Translations under genes and position numbers: made by a program
Shown here: piece by piece, positions 9,105-18,946 of the stretch
Layout of the letters: the number at the start of each line of letters is the position of its first letter
Position numbering within the stretch: position 1 is the stretch's first letter
From: an uncultured Acidobacteriota bacterium
GTDB taxonomy: Bacteria; Acidobacteriota; Vicinamibacteria; Vicinamibacterales; UBA2999
DNA length: 64,000 nt
Reading direction: 5' to 3'
Assembly (NCBI GenBank): GCA_963772955.1
Contig: CAVYZF010000011.1
Location: 187,025 to 251,024, forward strand
Notes under the pieces: generated by a model
The model's database searches: none
Told to the model about the DNA's origin: nothing
The model's input: only the letters and a program-made list of their open reading frames with translations

Positions 9105-10079
9105 GTGGCCTTCCCCGTCACACTCAAAGACGTTCTGAAACGTGGTGCGCTGGTGGCCGCCGCCAACTGGCCGGTCGCGATCGTGCAGGCGACCGCTGAC
9201 TCCTTGTTCAAGCTGCTTGTCGCCGCGCCGCTCATTGGGGGCGTCTTCCTCGTGGCGCTGGTGGTCGGGGCTGAACCCATCGAGTTGATGTCGCTCGAAT
9301 GGCGTCAGCTCGCCCCAACGATCGCGTCGACGCTGCTGGTGCGTCCCACGGTTCTCGCGGCCTGGGTTGCAGCGCTGGCAGTCGTCCTCGTGGGCGGATC
9401 GCTCTTCGTCTTCCTCGTCAAGGGAGGCACCGTCGGCGTCCTGGTCAGGGGGGAGCGACATGCCGGTCCGATCGAACGTCCACCTCTGATGCCTGAATCG
9501 CTCGCGCGCGCATCCGCGTTCTCGATCGAGATCTTCATCGAGTGTTCGCGCGAGCTCTTTTCGCGTTACGCGCGTCTCGGTGTGGCGCTGATGGCCGTGT
9601 ACCTGGTGTCAGGCAGCCTCTACTTCGTACTGCTCGCGCGGACGGCGACCAGCGGGTGGGGAATTGCCGCGCTCCTGACGGCTGCGTTCGTCGCGTGGAT
9701 CACGCTCGTGAATCTCTTCTACCTGCTGACGCAGATCGTCGTCGCCGCGGATGACTGTTCGCTCGCGACCGCGGCGTCGCGCGTGTCCGTCTTTCTTCGA
9801 CGGCGGACGCGCGCGGTTGGCGGGGTCTTTCTGATCATCCTCGGGCTCGTCGCTCTGGCAACCGGTGCCTCCATCCTCGCGACGGGCGCGCTATGGCTCG
9901 TCGGATTCGTGCCCTTCATCGGGCTGACCGTGCTCCCGCTTCAACTTCTGGCGTGGGTCCTGCGAGGACTGGTGTTTCAGTTCATCGCGCTCGCGTCAAT
10001 TGGCGCCTACCTGAGGATCTATCGCACGGAGCCCGCCGAGGCGGTCGTGCACCCGCTCGCTCCCGTCAAGGTCTCATGA
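9105..10079 (+). CDS. hypothetical polytopic membrane protein
   Basis: 324-aa ORF with about 7-8 hydrophobic segments and normal coding-like composition. Its stop overlaps the next gene's ATG (ATGA at 10076-10079). I recognise no family. Confidence 0.6.
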   Translation: MAFPVTLKDVLKRGALVAAANWPVAIVQATADSLFKLLVAAPLIGGVFLVALVVGAEPIELMSLEWRQLAPTIASTLLVRPTVLAAWVAALAVVLVGGSLFVFLVKGGTVGVLVRGERHAGPIERPPLMPESLARASAFSIEIFIECSRELFSRYARLGVALMAVYLVSGSLYFVLLARTATSGWGIAALLTAAFVAWITLVNLFYLLTQIVVAADDCSLATAASRVSVFLRRRTRAVGGVFLIILGLVALATGASILATGALWLVGFVPFIGLTVLPLQLLAWVLRGLVFQFIALASIGAYLRIYRTEPAEAVVHPLAPVKVS

Positions 10080-11285
10080 CCGACTACACGCGCTTTCTTT
10101 CTCCGACTGGCCGTCAACTCACGGAGTCGGCCATTCGTCGCATGGGCACGGTCGTCGCGCGCACCGGTGACATCGTGTCGTTCGCACCTGGCTATCCTGA
10201 CGCCTCGCTCTTTCCATGGCAGGACTTGCGCGACATCAGCGTGCGCCTGCTCGATGGACACGATGCGAACACGCTGCAGTACGGACCGACGCGAGGATAC
10301 AAGCCCCTGCTGGAGACCGCGATGGGTGTGCTCGAGAGTCGATCCGTCACCGCGACGCTCGAGCAGTTGATTGTGACCAGCGGTTCTCAGCAGGGCATCG
10401 ATCTGATCGCGCGCGTGCTCGTCAGTCCAGGCGACGTCTGTACTGGTCGAATTGCCGACGTTCACCGGCGCCATCGCCGCTTTCAAGAATATGCAGGCGG
10501 AGCTGAGAGGGATCAGGCTGGAAGAGGACGGCATCAGCCTCGAGCACCTCGACGAGGTGTGGCAGCGGGAGACACGCGCCGGGAAGACGGTGAAGTTGCT
10601 GTACCTGGTTCCGAACTTTCAGAACCCGACAGGATCGCTCCTCGCCCTGGCCAAGCGTCCGCGTGTGCTCGAGTGGGCCGAACGGCGCGACATCTTGATC
10701 ATCGAAGACGACCCGTACGGCTTGCTGTATTTCGAGGATGTCGCAACCGTAGCAGAGACCAGGCCGATCAGTGCTGACGATCGAAGCGGGCGCGTCCTGT
10801 ATCTGAGCACGGTGTCGAAAATGCTGGCCCCCGGTTTTCGTGTCGGGTGGATGAAGGCGCCCGAGTCATTGATCGAGCGCTTCGACACCGCGAAACAGTC
10901 GACCGACTTGACGTCAGGCATCCTGGATCAGCACATCGTGCACGAGGCGCTGCGCCTGGGTGTTGCCGAACGGCTTGCGCCTCGCTTGCGCGATCTCTAT
11001 CGACACAAGCGCGACGTGATGGCGACGTCGCTTGGCGCCAGGCTCGGATCGCGCCTGACGTGGCCGACACCGAAGGGCGGGTTCTTCATCTGGGCCACGC
11101 TGCCGGACGGCTTGACAGATACCGACTTGCTCGAGCGTGCGCTGCAGCACGGCGTGATCTTCGTCGTTGGCAGTGCGTTCCACGTCGATGGCTCGGGCCA
11201 CAACACGATCAGGCTGTCGTTCTCGGCCCCCTCACCTGAACGGATCGAGGAGGGAGCAAAGCGCCTGGCTGAGGCCTTCGGTTAG
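10076..11285 (+). pseudogene. PLP-dependent aminotransferase (ARO8/LysN, class I/II family), interrupted by an apparent 1-nt insertion near 10439
   Basis: The two track ORFs 9893..10777 (real part from ATG 10076, MTDYTRFLSPTGRQL) and 10452..11285 join into one protein. The junction reads ...LVSPGDV | (V)LVELPTFTGAIAAF..., and the Schiff-base lysine lies in STVSKMLAPGFRVGW. The frame changes at GACGTC-T-GTACTGG. This could be a sequencing error rather than a true pseudogene. Confidence 0.8.
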
Positions 11286-12464
11286 CTACTTCGTTTGGGA
11301 GTCGGAGATTGGCGGTTGGGAGTTTGGCAGTGAGAAAGGTTCCCTGTTGAGGATTCGGCCCGGCAGCGCCTGAAGCGGAGCGAGAGGCTGCTCGCGAAAC
11401 ATCATGCGTGTCGGCCGTAGACCAATCGCGCGTCCGTCCCTGGTGATGACGATCATCGCCACACGAAACGGGAGTGGAGTAGGGTCCACGAGCGGGATAC
11501 CCTGGACATCCGCTGCCAACTCGAATTTTTCGATCGGATCGCCAGTGGTCGCGTTGAACGCGGCCATCGCAGGATTGTTCCCGCTGACGACGACGATCCC
11601 TCCAAAGGTCGAGGGTGGTGCGATCGTTCGCGTCGAGAGCTCACGCTTCCAGACCTGGTTTCCGCTTCCGCGCCGCAGCGCGCGCAGCAGATTGTCGAGC
11701 GCGGCGAAGTAGACGAAACGATCGTCGGCCGTGGCACCCACCACATCGCCTCCGGTACCGAAACGCCACAGCAGACGGCCGGTGCCACCATCGAGCGCGT
11801 AGAGGTAGTTATCCGTCGACCCGACGAAGACCCGGTCACCTGCGACGAAAGGGGTGCTCAGCGCTCCACCCAGTTCACGTTCCCATGCGAGCTGACCATC
11901 GCCCGACGTGAATCGGCTCACCCGATTGCCGCTCGCGACGACAACACCGGTCGCGTCCGCCCACATGGACGGAGATGCGGAAGGAACGGGAATCGCGCGC
12001 TGCCACGCGTCAGATCCATCCGAGAGTCGAACGGCGCGGAGTTGATCGGGTTTGAGAAGGACGACGACCGTGCTGCCCTGAAGAGCCGGAGCCACCATCA
12101 GCTCGGCATCAAGATTGACTCGCCACACCAGATCGCCGGTCGCCGCGCGGAGCGCGAGCAGCTCACGAGCGCCCGCCGCGTAGAGGACGCCGTCGCTGAT
12201 CAGCAGTGGCCACGAGCTCATGAGAGCGACAGACCACTCCGTAGCGCCGGTCTCTCGATTGAGGGCGACGAGTTGACCGGACTGAAGCGGGATGTAGACA
12301 CGCTGCGCGTCCAGCGTCCCGGCAGCGGACGCAGGCGAGGGCAGCGACGCGCTCCACGCTTCTTCGGCGGGGAGCAGGGGCGTAGGAAGAGGCTTCTGCG
12401 AGGCATTGCGCTGGCTCGCGCTGGCTTGAGGGCATAAGCCCAACCAGAAACCCAGGAATAACAA
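11286..12464 (-). CDS. PQQ-like beta-propeller lipoprotein (BamB-like outer-membrane assembly factor)
   Basis: 392-aa ORF with a lipobox (FWLGLC) and repeated propeller motifs: LVALNRETGATEWSV, ALRAATGDLVWRV, YALDGGTGRLLWRF, RALRRGSGNQVWKR. The last ~17 codons read through a heptamer repeat tract. Confidence 0.78.
   Translation of the reverse strand: MLFLGFWLGLCPQASASQRNASQKPLPTPLLPAEEAWSASLPSPASAAGTLDAQRVYIPLQSGQLVALNRETGATEWSVALMSSWPLLISDGVLYAAGARELLALRAATGDLVWRVNLDAELMVAPALQGSTVVVLLKPDQLRAVRLSDGSDAWQRAIPVPSASPSMWADATGVVVASGNRVSRFTSGDGQLAWERELGGALSTPFVAGDRVFVGSTDNYLYALDGGTGRLLWRFGTGGDVVGATADDRFVYFAALDNLLRALRRGSGNQVWKRELSTRTIAPPSTFGGIVVVSGNNPAMAAFNATTGDPIEKFELAADVQGIPLVDPTPLPFRVAMIVITRDGRAIGLRPTRMMFREQPLAPLQALPGRILNREPFSLPNSQPPISDSQTK
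11296..11330. repeat. heptamer tract TGGGAGT-CGGAGAT-TGGCGGT-TGGGAGT-TTGGCAG
   Basis: Read directly at the end-to-end junction of the aminotransferase (+) and the BamB-like gene (-). Same unit as at 9063-9076 and 30342-30410. Confidence 0.7.
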
Positions 12465-12486
12465 TAAGGCGTACGTCCGAGCGTGA

Positions 12487-12513
12487 TTGAGCCACTATAT
12501 GTTGTGGGATAAT
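12487..12513 (+). promoter_or_regulatory. putative sigma-70 promoter of guaA (TTGAGC - 15/16 nt - GATAAT/ATAATA)
   Basis: TTGAGC at 12487-12492 and GGGATAATA at 12506-12514, in the locally AT-rich gap upstream of the conserved GuaA N-terminus. Confidence 0.35.
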
Positions 12514-12573
12514 ACCGCTTTCGTTGCTCTGCCGCGGTGCCCACCTGAGTGGGAAACCGCTAGGCTCTCCATC

Positions 12574-14136
<1,563 letters not shown>

Positions 14137-14170
14137 TCCTGCAGCAGCGAATTGGTGAGTTCATGACTTG

Positions 14171-14300
14171 TGATTGTTGATTGGTTGATGATTGTCGAAT
14201 GGTGATTGTTGATTTCGTTCTGGGGGTTCGGGGCCACATGGAACACTCTGAAATCGAGAATCGAAAATCAACAACGAATCAGCAATCACGGATCGAAGAT
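14171..14300. repeat. two inverted arrays of TGAT-type heptamers (long imperfect hairpin) between guaA and dnaE
   Basis: The left array at 14171-14216 (TGATTGT TGATTGG ... TGATTGT TGATTTC) includes an exact copy of the 14-mer at 9034-9047. The right array at 14251-14300 is in complementary sense (GAAATCG AGAATCG AAAATCA ACAACGA ATCAGCA ATCACGG ATCGAAG ATCAG). Confidence 0.75.
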
Positions 14301-14305
14301 CAGTA

Positions 14306-17300
14306 ATGGCTGAATTCACCCACCTTCACCTTCACACCGAGTTCTCGCTGCTCGACGGTGCGTGCCGCATCGACGAACTGCTCGACGAGGCGGTGAAGCT
14401 GAAGATGCCCGCGCTCGCCGTGACCGAGCACGGGAATATGTTCTCGTCGGTGGTCTTTCACGACCACGCGCGCGAGCGTGGACTCAAGCCAATCCTCGGG
14501 TGCGAGGTCTACGTCGCCCAGGGGAGCCGCTTCGAGAAGAGTGGCCCGCAGACCGAGACCAACCACCTGGTGCTTCTTGCCGAGACCAATGCGGGCTACA
14601 AGAACCTGATCAAGCTGGTGTCTGCCGGCTACACCGAAGGGTTCTACTACCGGCCTCGCATCGACAAGGAACTGCTCGCACAGCATTGTGCAGGACTGAT
14701 TGGCCTGAGCAGCTGTCTCAAGGGCGAGGTCGCGAGCGCTCTCAAGGTGGAGCAGGCGCGTCCGGCGCTCGAGGCCGCTGCCCGGCTTCGCGACATTCTC
14801 GGTAAGAACAACTTCTTCCTCGAGATGCAGTATCAGGGCATCGAGGAGCAGAAGATCGTCAATCGCGGCATCATCCCGCTCGCCCGTGAGCTGGAACTGC
14901 CACTCGTCGCGACCAATGACGTGCACTACCTGCGGCAGGGCGACTACCAGCCGCACGACATCCTCCTCTGCATCGGCACGGGGAAGACCGTCAACGACGC
15001 ACAGCGCCTGCGCTACACCGGTGATCAGTTCTTCCTGAAGACGCCCGACCAGATGGCGGCGGTCTTCAAGGATCATCCCGAGGCGCTTCGCAACACGATG
15101 CTCGTCGCAGAGCGCTGTGACGTCACGATCCCCAAGGGTCAGAACCATCTTCCTTCGTTCGGTGTCCCTGAGGGATTCACGCTCGACGCCTACTTCGAGC
15201 ACGTGGCGCGCGAAGGCTTCGCGCAGCGCATGGTGCGCCTGCAGCAGCTCGCCAGCTCCGGACGCCTGCGCCAGTCGATCGACGAATACTCGCGCCGGCT
15301 CGACTACGAGATCGCGATGATCCGGAAGATGGGCTACACGGGCTACTTCCTGATCGTGTGGGACTTCATCCGCTACGCTCGCGAGGAAGGCATCCCGGTT
15401 GGACCGGGGCGGGGCTCGGCAGCCGGATCGCTCGTGGCGTGGTGCATGCGCATCACCGACGTCGATCCACTGGACTTCGATCTGCTCTTCGAGCGCTTCC
15501 TGAACCCTGAGCGCGTGTCGCTGCCAGATATCGACGTGGACTTCTGCGAGCGGCGGCGTGGCGAAGTGATCGACTACGTCACACGCAAGTACGGCCGCGA
15601 GAATGTGGCCCAGATCATCACCTTCGGGACGATGAAGGCGAAGGCTGTGGTGAGGGATGTCGGGCGCGCGCTCGACATGCCGTACGCAGACGTCGATCGG
15701 ATCGCCAAGCAGATCCCGCCGGCGCTCGACATGACGCTGGACAAGGCGCTCGCCGAGAACCCGATCCTGAAGGACATGGTGTCAAAGGACGCCAAGGTCA
15801 AGGAGGTCATCGACATCGGCAGGCGCCTCGAGGGCATGTCACGGCATGCGTCGGTTCACGCCGCCGGTGTCGTGATCGCGCCCGGTCCCATCACGGACTA
15901 CGCCCCGCTCTACAAAGGGGCCCGCGACGAAATCACGACGCAGTGGAACATGAAGGAGGTCGAGCGAATCGGCCTCCTGAAGATGGATTTCCTGGGCCTG
16001 AGCACGTTGACGCTCATCCAGGACTGCCTCGCTGAAATCAAGCGCACCGAGGGCATCGCGATCGATATCGACGCCATTCCACTCGACGATCCCAAGACCT
16101 ACAAAGTCTTCGGCGAGGGTGCCACGTTCGGGATATTCCAGTTTGAAAGCTCGGGAATGCGCGAGCTTCTGCGCAAAGCCAAGCCTGAGCGTCTCGACGA
16201 CCTGATTGCGCTGAACGCCTTGTATCGACCCGGCCCGCTCAAGTCGGGCATGGTGGACGACTGGGTTGCGCGCAAGCAGGGCAGGACCGAGGTCAAGTAC
16301 GAGCTGCAGCAACTCGAGCCGATTCTCTCGGACACCTACGGCGTCATCGCCTACCAGGAACAGGTCATGCGCATCGCGCAGGTGCTGGCCGGGTTCTCGC
16401 TGGGACAAGCCGACGTGCTTCGTAAAGCCATGGGCAAGAAGGATCCCAAGGTCATGGCGAAGCAGCGTGAGGCCTTCATGGAAGGGACGCGCGCCAAGGG
16501 CATCAACGAGAAGAAGGCCACCAAGATCTTCGAGCTGATGGAGTATTTCGCCGGCTACGGCTTCAACAAGTCGCACTCGACGGCCTACGCGTTCCTCGCG
16601 TATCAGACGGCGTATCTCAAGGCGAACTACCCATGGCACTTTGCGGCGGCGCTACTGACAATCGAAGCGCAAAACACCGACAAGCTCGCCATGTACCTGG
16701 CTGAGAGCAAAGATCGCGGCATCCCGGTGCTCCCACCTGACATCAACGAGAGCCAGCTTCACTTCTCGGTGGAGAAGGGGAAGGGCGTTCGGTTCGGGCT
16801 CACGGCGATCAAAGGCCTGGGCGAGGGCGCGATCAAATCGATCATCGACGCGCGTTCCAAGCTGGGAAGGATTCCCTCCCTGCACGCGCTCTGCGAGGAG
16901 CTCGACCTCCGCCTCGCCAACAAGCGCGTCTTCGAAGCACTGGTCAAGGCCGGGGCCTGCGATTCGCTCGTGCGGGCGGACAACGGTGCCCCCGCGCCTC
17001 TGAACGTGATCCGCGCCCGGCTCTTTGCGTCTGTCGACGGCGCGTGCGAGCACGGCAATCGTCTTCAGCGGAACAAGGATCTCGGGCAGGTCGATCTGTT
17101 TGGTGGCGGCGGCCTGGAGAACTCGGGCCCGACGATTGTTCCGTTGCCCGACGCCACACCGTGGTCGGAGATCGAGCAGCTCACATACGAGAAGGAAACC
17201 CTCGGCCTCTACTGGACCGGTCACCCCATCGATCGCTATACAGACGACCTGCGCGAGTACGGTGCGAAGACGACAGCCGATCTGGTTCCGAAGAGGGAGG

Positions 17301-17932
17301 CAGCCGTTGTCGCCATCGTCGCAGACGAAAGCGATGACGCCGGCGGTGACGCGGTCGTCACGCGGCCGGACGCCGCAAGTAGCCCTGCTCACGGCAACGG
17401 GAATGGCAATGGAAACGGAGGCGGCCGCGTCGCCGAGGACATCTCCATCGGTGGCATCATTTCGGGCCTGCGCCCGCTCAAGACGCGCAAAGGCGATCGC
17501 ATGTGTGTCTTCACGCTCGACGATGCCTCCGGCAGCATCGAGGTGGTGGTCTTTCCTGAGACCTTCAACAAGAGCGGCCATTCCGCGGAGAACGGACGCA
17601 GCGTGCTCGTGCACGGGCGCTTCGAGCGCGACGACGAGACGGTCCGGATCCTCGCGACAGAGATCGTCCAGATCGAGCTGGTGCGCGAGCGGCTCGCCAG
17701 GTCTGTCGCCATCCGGCTCTCCATGCCGCCGCATGGGCGAGCCACGTTCGAGCGCCTCCTCGAGCTGCTGGCACAGCACAAGGGCGATCGCAAGGTGGCG
17801 TTCGTCATCCTCGAGCAGGACCGGCACCTGCGAGTGACGGCCGACGTCAGCGGCCTTCGTGTCCGTCCGTCGGAGCGCTTGGTATCCGAGGTCGAAAAGA
17901 TCTGCGGCAGCGGATCGGTCAGCCTCAGGTGA
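14306..17932 (+). CDS. dnaE: DNA polymerase III subunit alpha
   Basis: 1208-aa ORF. It has the PHP N-terminus (FTHLHLHTEFSLLDGA), polymerase core motifs (PDIDVDF, GLLKMDFLGL) and a C-terminal OB region. Confidence 0.96.
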   Translation: MAEFTHLHLHTEFSLLDGACRIDELLDEAVKLKMPALAVTEHGNMFSSVVFHDHARERGLKPILGCEVYVAQGSRFEKSGPQTETNHLVLLAETNAGYKNLIKLVSAGYTEGFYYRPRIDKELLAQHCAGLIGLSSCLKGEVASALKVEQARPALEAAARLRDILGKNNFFLEMQYQGIEEQKIVNRGIIPLARELELPLVATNDVHYLRQGDYQPHDILLCIGTGKTVNDAQRLRYTGDQFFLKTPDQMAAVFKDHPEALRNTMLVAERCDVTIPKGQNHLPSFGVPEGFTLDAYFEHVAREGFAQRMVRLQQLASSGRLRQSIDEYSRRLDYEIAMIRKMGYTGYFLIVWDFIRYAREEGIPVGPGRGSAAGSLVAWCMRITDVDPLDFDLLFERFLNPERVSLPDIDVDFCERRRGEVIDYVTRKYGRENVAQIITFGTMKAKAVVRDVGRALDMPYADVDRIAKQIPPALDMTLDKALAENPILKDMVSKDAKVKEVIDIGRRLEGMSRHASVHAAGVVIAPGPITDYAPLYKGARDEITTQWNMKEVERIGLLKMDFLGLSTLTLIQDCLAEIKRTEGIAIDIDAIPLDDPKTYKVFGEGATFGIFQFESSGMRELLRKAKPERLDDLIALNALYRPGPLKSGMVDDWVARKQGRTEVKYELQQLEPILSDTYGVIAYQEQVMRIAQVLAGFSLGQADVLRKAMGKKDPKVMAKQREAFMEGTRAKGINEKKATKIFELMEYFAGYGFNKSHSTAYAFLAYQTAYLKANYPWHFAAALLTIEAQNTDKLAMYLAESKDRGIPVLPPDINESQLHFSVEKGKGVRFGLTAIKGLGEGAIKSIIDARSKLGRIPSLHALCEELDLRLANKRVFEALVKAGACDSLVRADNGAPAPLNVIRARLFASVDGACEHGNRLQRNKDLGQVDLFGGGGLENSGPTIVPLPDATPWSEIEQLTYEKETLGLYWTGHPIDRYTDDLREYGAKTTADLVPKREAAVVAIVADESDDAGGDAVVTRPDAASSPAHGNGNGNGNGGGRVAEDISIGGIISGLRPLKTRKGDRMCVFTLDDASGSIEVVVFPETFNKSGHSAENGRSVLVHGRFERDDETVRILATEIVQIELVRERLARSVAIRLSMPPHGRATFERLLELLAQHKGDRKVAFVILEQDRHLRVTADVSGLRVRPSERLVSEVEKICGSGSVSLR

Positions 17933-17986
17933 TCGGGTTGACCAGCCCTGTCACCGGCAAGAGCGAGACTTAGCGTAGGAGCCTGG

Positions 17987-18946
17987 ATGCCGCCCGACAC
18001 ACTCGAGTTCGAGGAACCGATCGCCGTCCTGCTGAAGGAGATCGAGGCGCTGTCGATGCTTCCGTCGACACCGGAACGCCAGCGTTCGATCGACAGCTTG
18101 TACTCGCGAGTCGATTCGATTCGCGTGGAGATCTACAAGACGCTGACGCCGTGGCAGCGCGTGCTGGTGGCGCGACATCCGAATCGTCCGACTGTGCTCG
18201 ACTACGTCAGCCGGTTGTTCACCGAGTTCGTCGAGATCAGCGGCGACCGCCGTTTCTCCGACGACCACGCCATCGTGGCCGGCTACGCGCTCTACAAGGA
18301 CGAGCCTGTGCTCATCGTCGGCCACCACAAGGGCGGAGGTGACACGAAGCAGAAGATCTATCGCAACTTCGGCTACGCCAGGCCGGAGGGGTATCGCAAA
18401 GCGCTGCGCGCGATGAAGCTCGCGGAGAAATACCAGCGTGCGGTCATCGCGTTCATCGACACGCCCGCGGCGTATCCGGGGATCGAGTCTGAAGAGCGAG
18501 GCATCTCGGAAGCCATCGCCGTCAATCTGCGCGAGATGGCCGCGCTCGACACACCCATCATCGTTGTCGTGCACGGTGAGGGTGGCAGCGGCGGCGCGCT
18601 CGGCCTCGCCGTCGGCGATCGCATCCTGATGCACGAGTTCGCCATCTACAGCGTGATTCCTCCGGAAGGGTGCGCGGCAATTCTCTGGCGCGATGCCGGC
18701 CGGAAGGTCGAGGCCGCTCAGGCGCTCAAGCTCACGGCGCCCGATCTCCTGCGACTCGGCTTGGTGGACGAAATCGTGTCCGAGCCTGCCGGCGGCTCTC
18801 ACACCAATCACGACGTGGCCGCAACCATCCTCGACACCGCGCTCTGGCGCGCACTCTCCGAGGTCACGAGGATGGAGTCATCTCCGCGCCTGGAGGCTCG
18901 CTACCAGAAGTGGCGAAAGATGGGGAACGTGGGGATCACGGAGTGA
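17987..18946 (+). CDS. accA: acetyl-CoA carboxylase carboxyltransferase subunit alpha
   Basis: 319-aa ORF preceded by AGGAG. Typical AccA sequence: LEFEEPIAVLLKEIEAL...IAFIDTPAAYPGIESEERG...GEGGSGGALG. Confidence 0.94.
   Translation: MPPDTLEFEEPIAVLLKEIEALSMLPSTPERQRSIDSLYSRVDSIRVEIYKTLTPWQRVLVARHPNRPTVLDYVSRLFTEFVEISGDRRFSDDHAIVAGYALYKDEPVLIVGHHKGGGDTKQKIYRNFGYARPEGYRKALRAMKLAEKYQRAVIAFIDTPAAYPGIESEERGISEAIAVNLREMAALDTPIIVVVHGEGGSGGALGLAVGDRILMHEFAIYSVIPPEGCAAILWRDAGRKVEAAQALKLTAPDLLRLGLVDEIVSEPAGGSHTNHDVAATILDTALWRALSEVTRMESSPRLEARYQKWRKMGNVGITE

Noticed and set aside
8985-9461. A 159-codon N-terminal extension of the histidine kinase ORF (5049..9461).
   Set aside because: The extension translates the intergenic heptamer repeats (..LINSQLPEAQPPPINNQPSQTHPNQQSEIY..) and overlaps the divergent membrane-protein gene. 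ATG 8984 gives a normal signal-anchor N-terminus.
17391-17425. A (Gly-Asn)4 run (HGNGNGNGNGGG) inside an acidic ~45-aa insertion of DnaE, before the OB domain.
   Set aside because: This is a low-complexity linker. The underlying DNA repeat is imperfect (GGCAAC GGGAAT GGCAAT GGAAAC), so it is unlikely to be a slippage or phase-variation site. It is probably lineage-specific linker drift.
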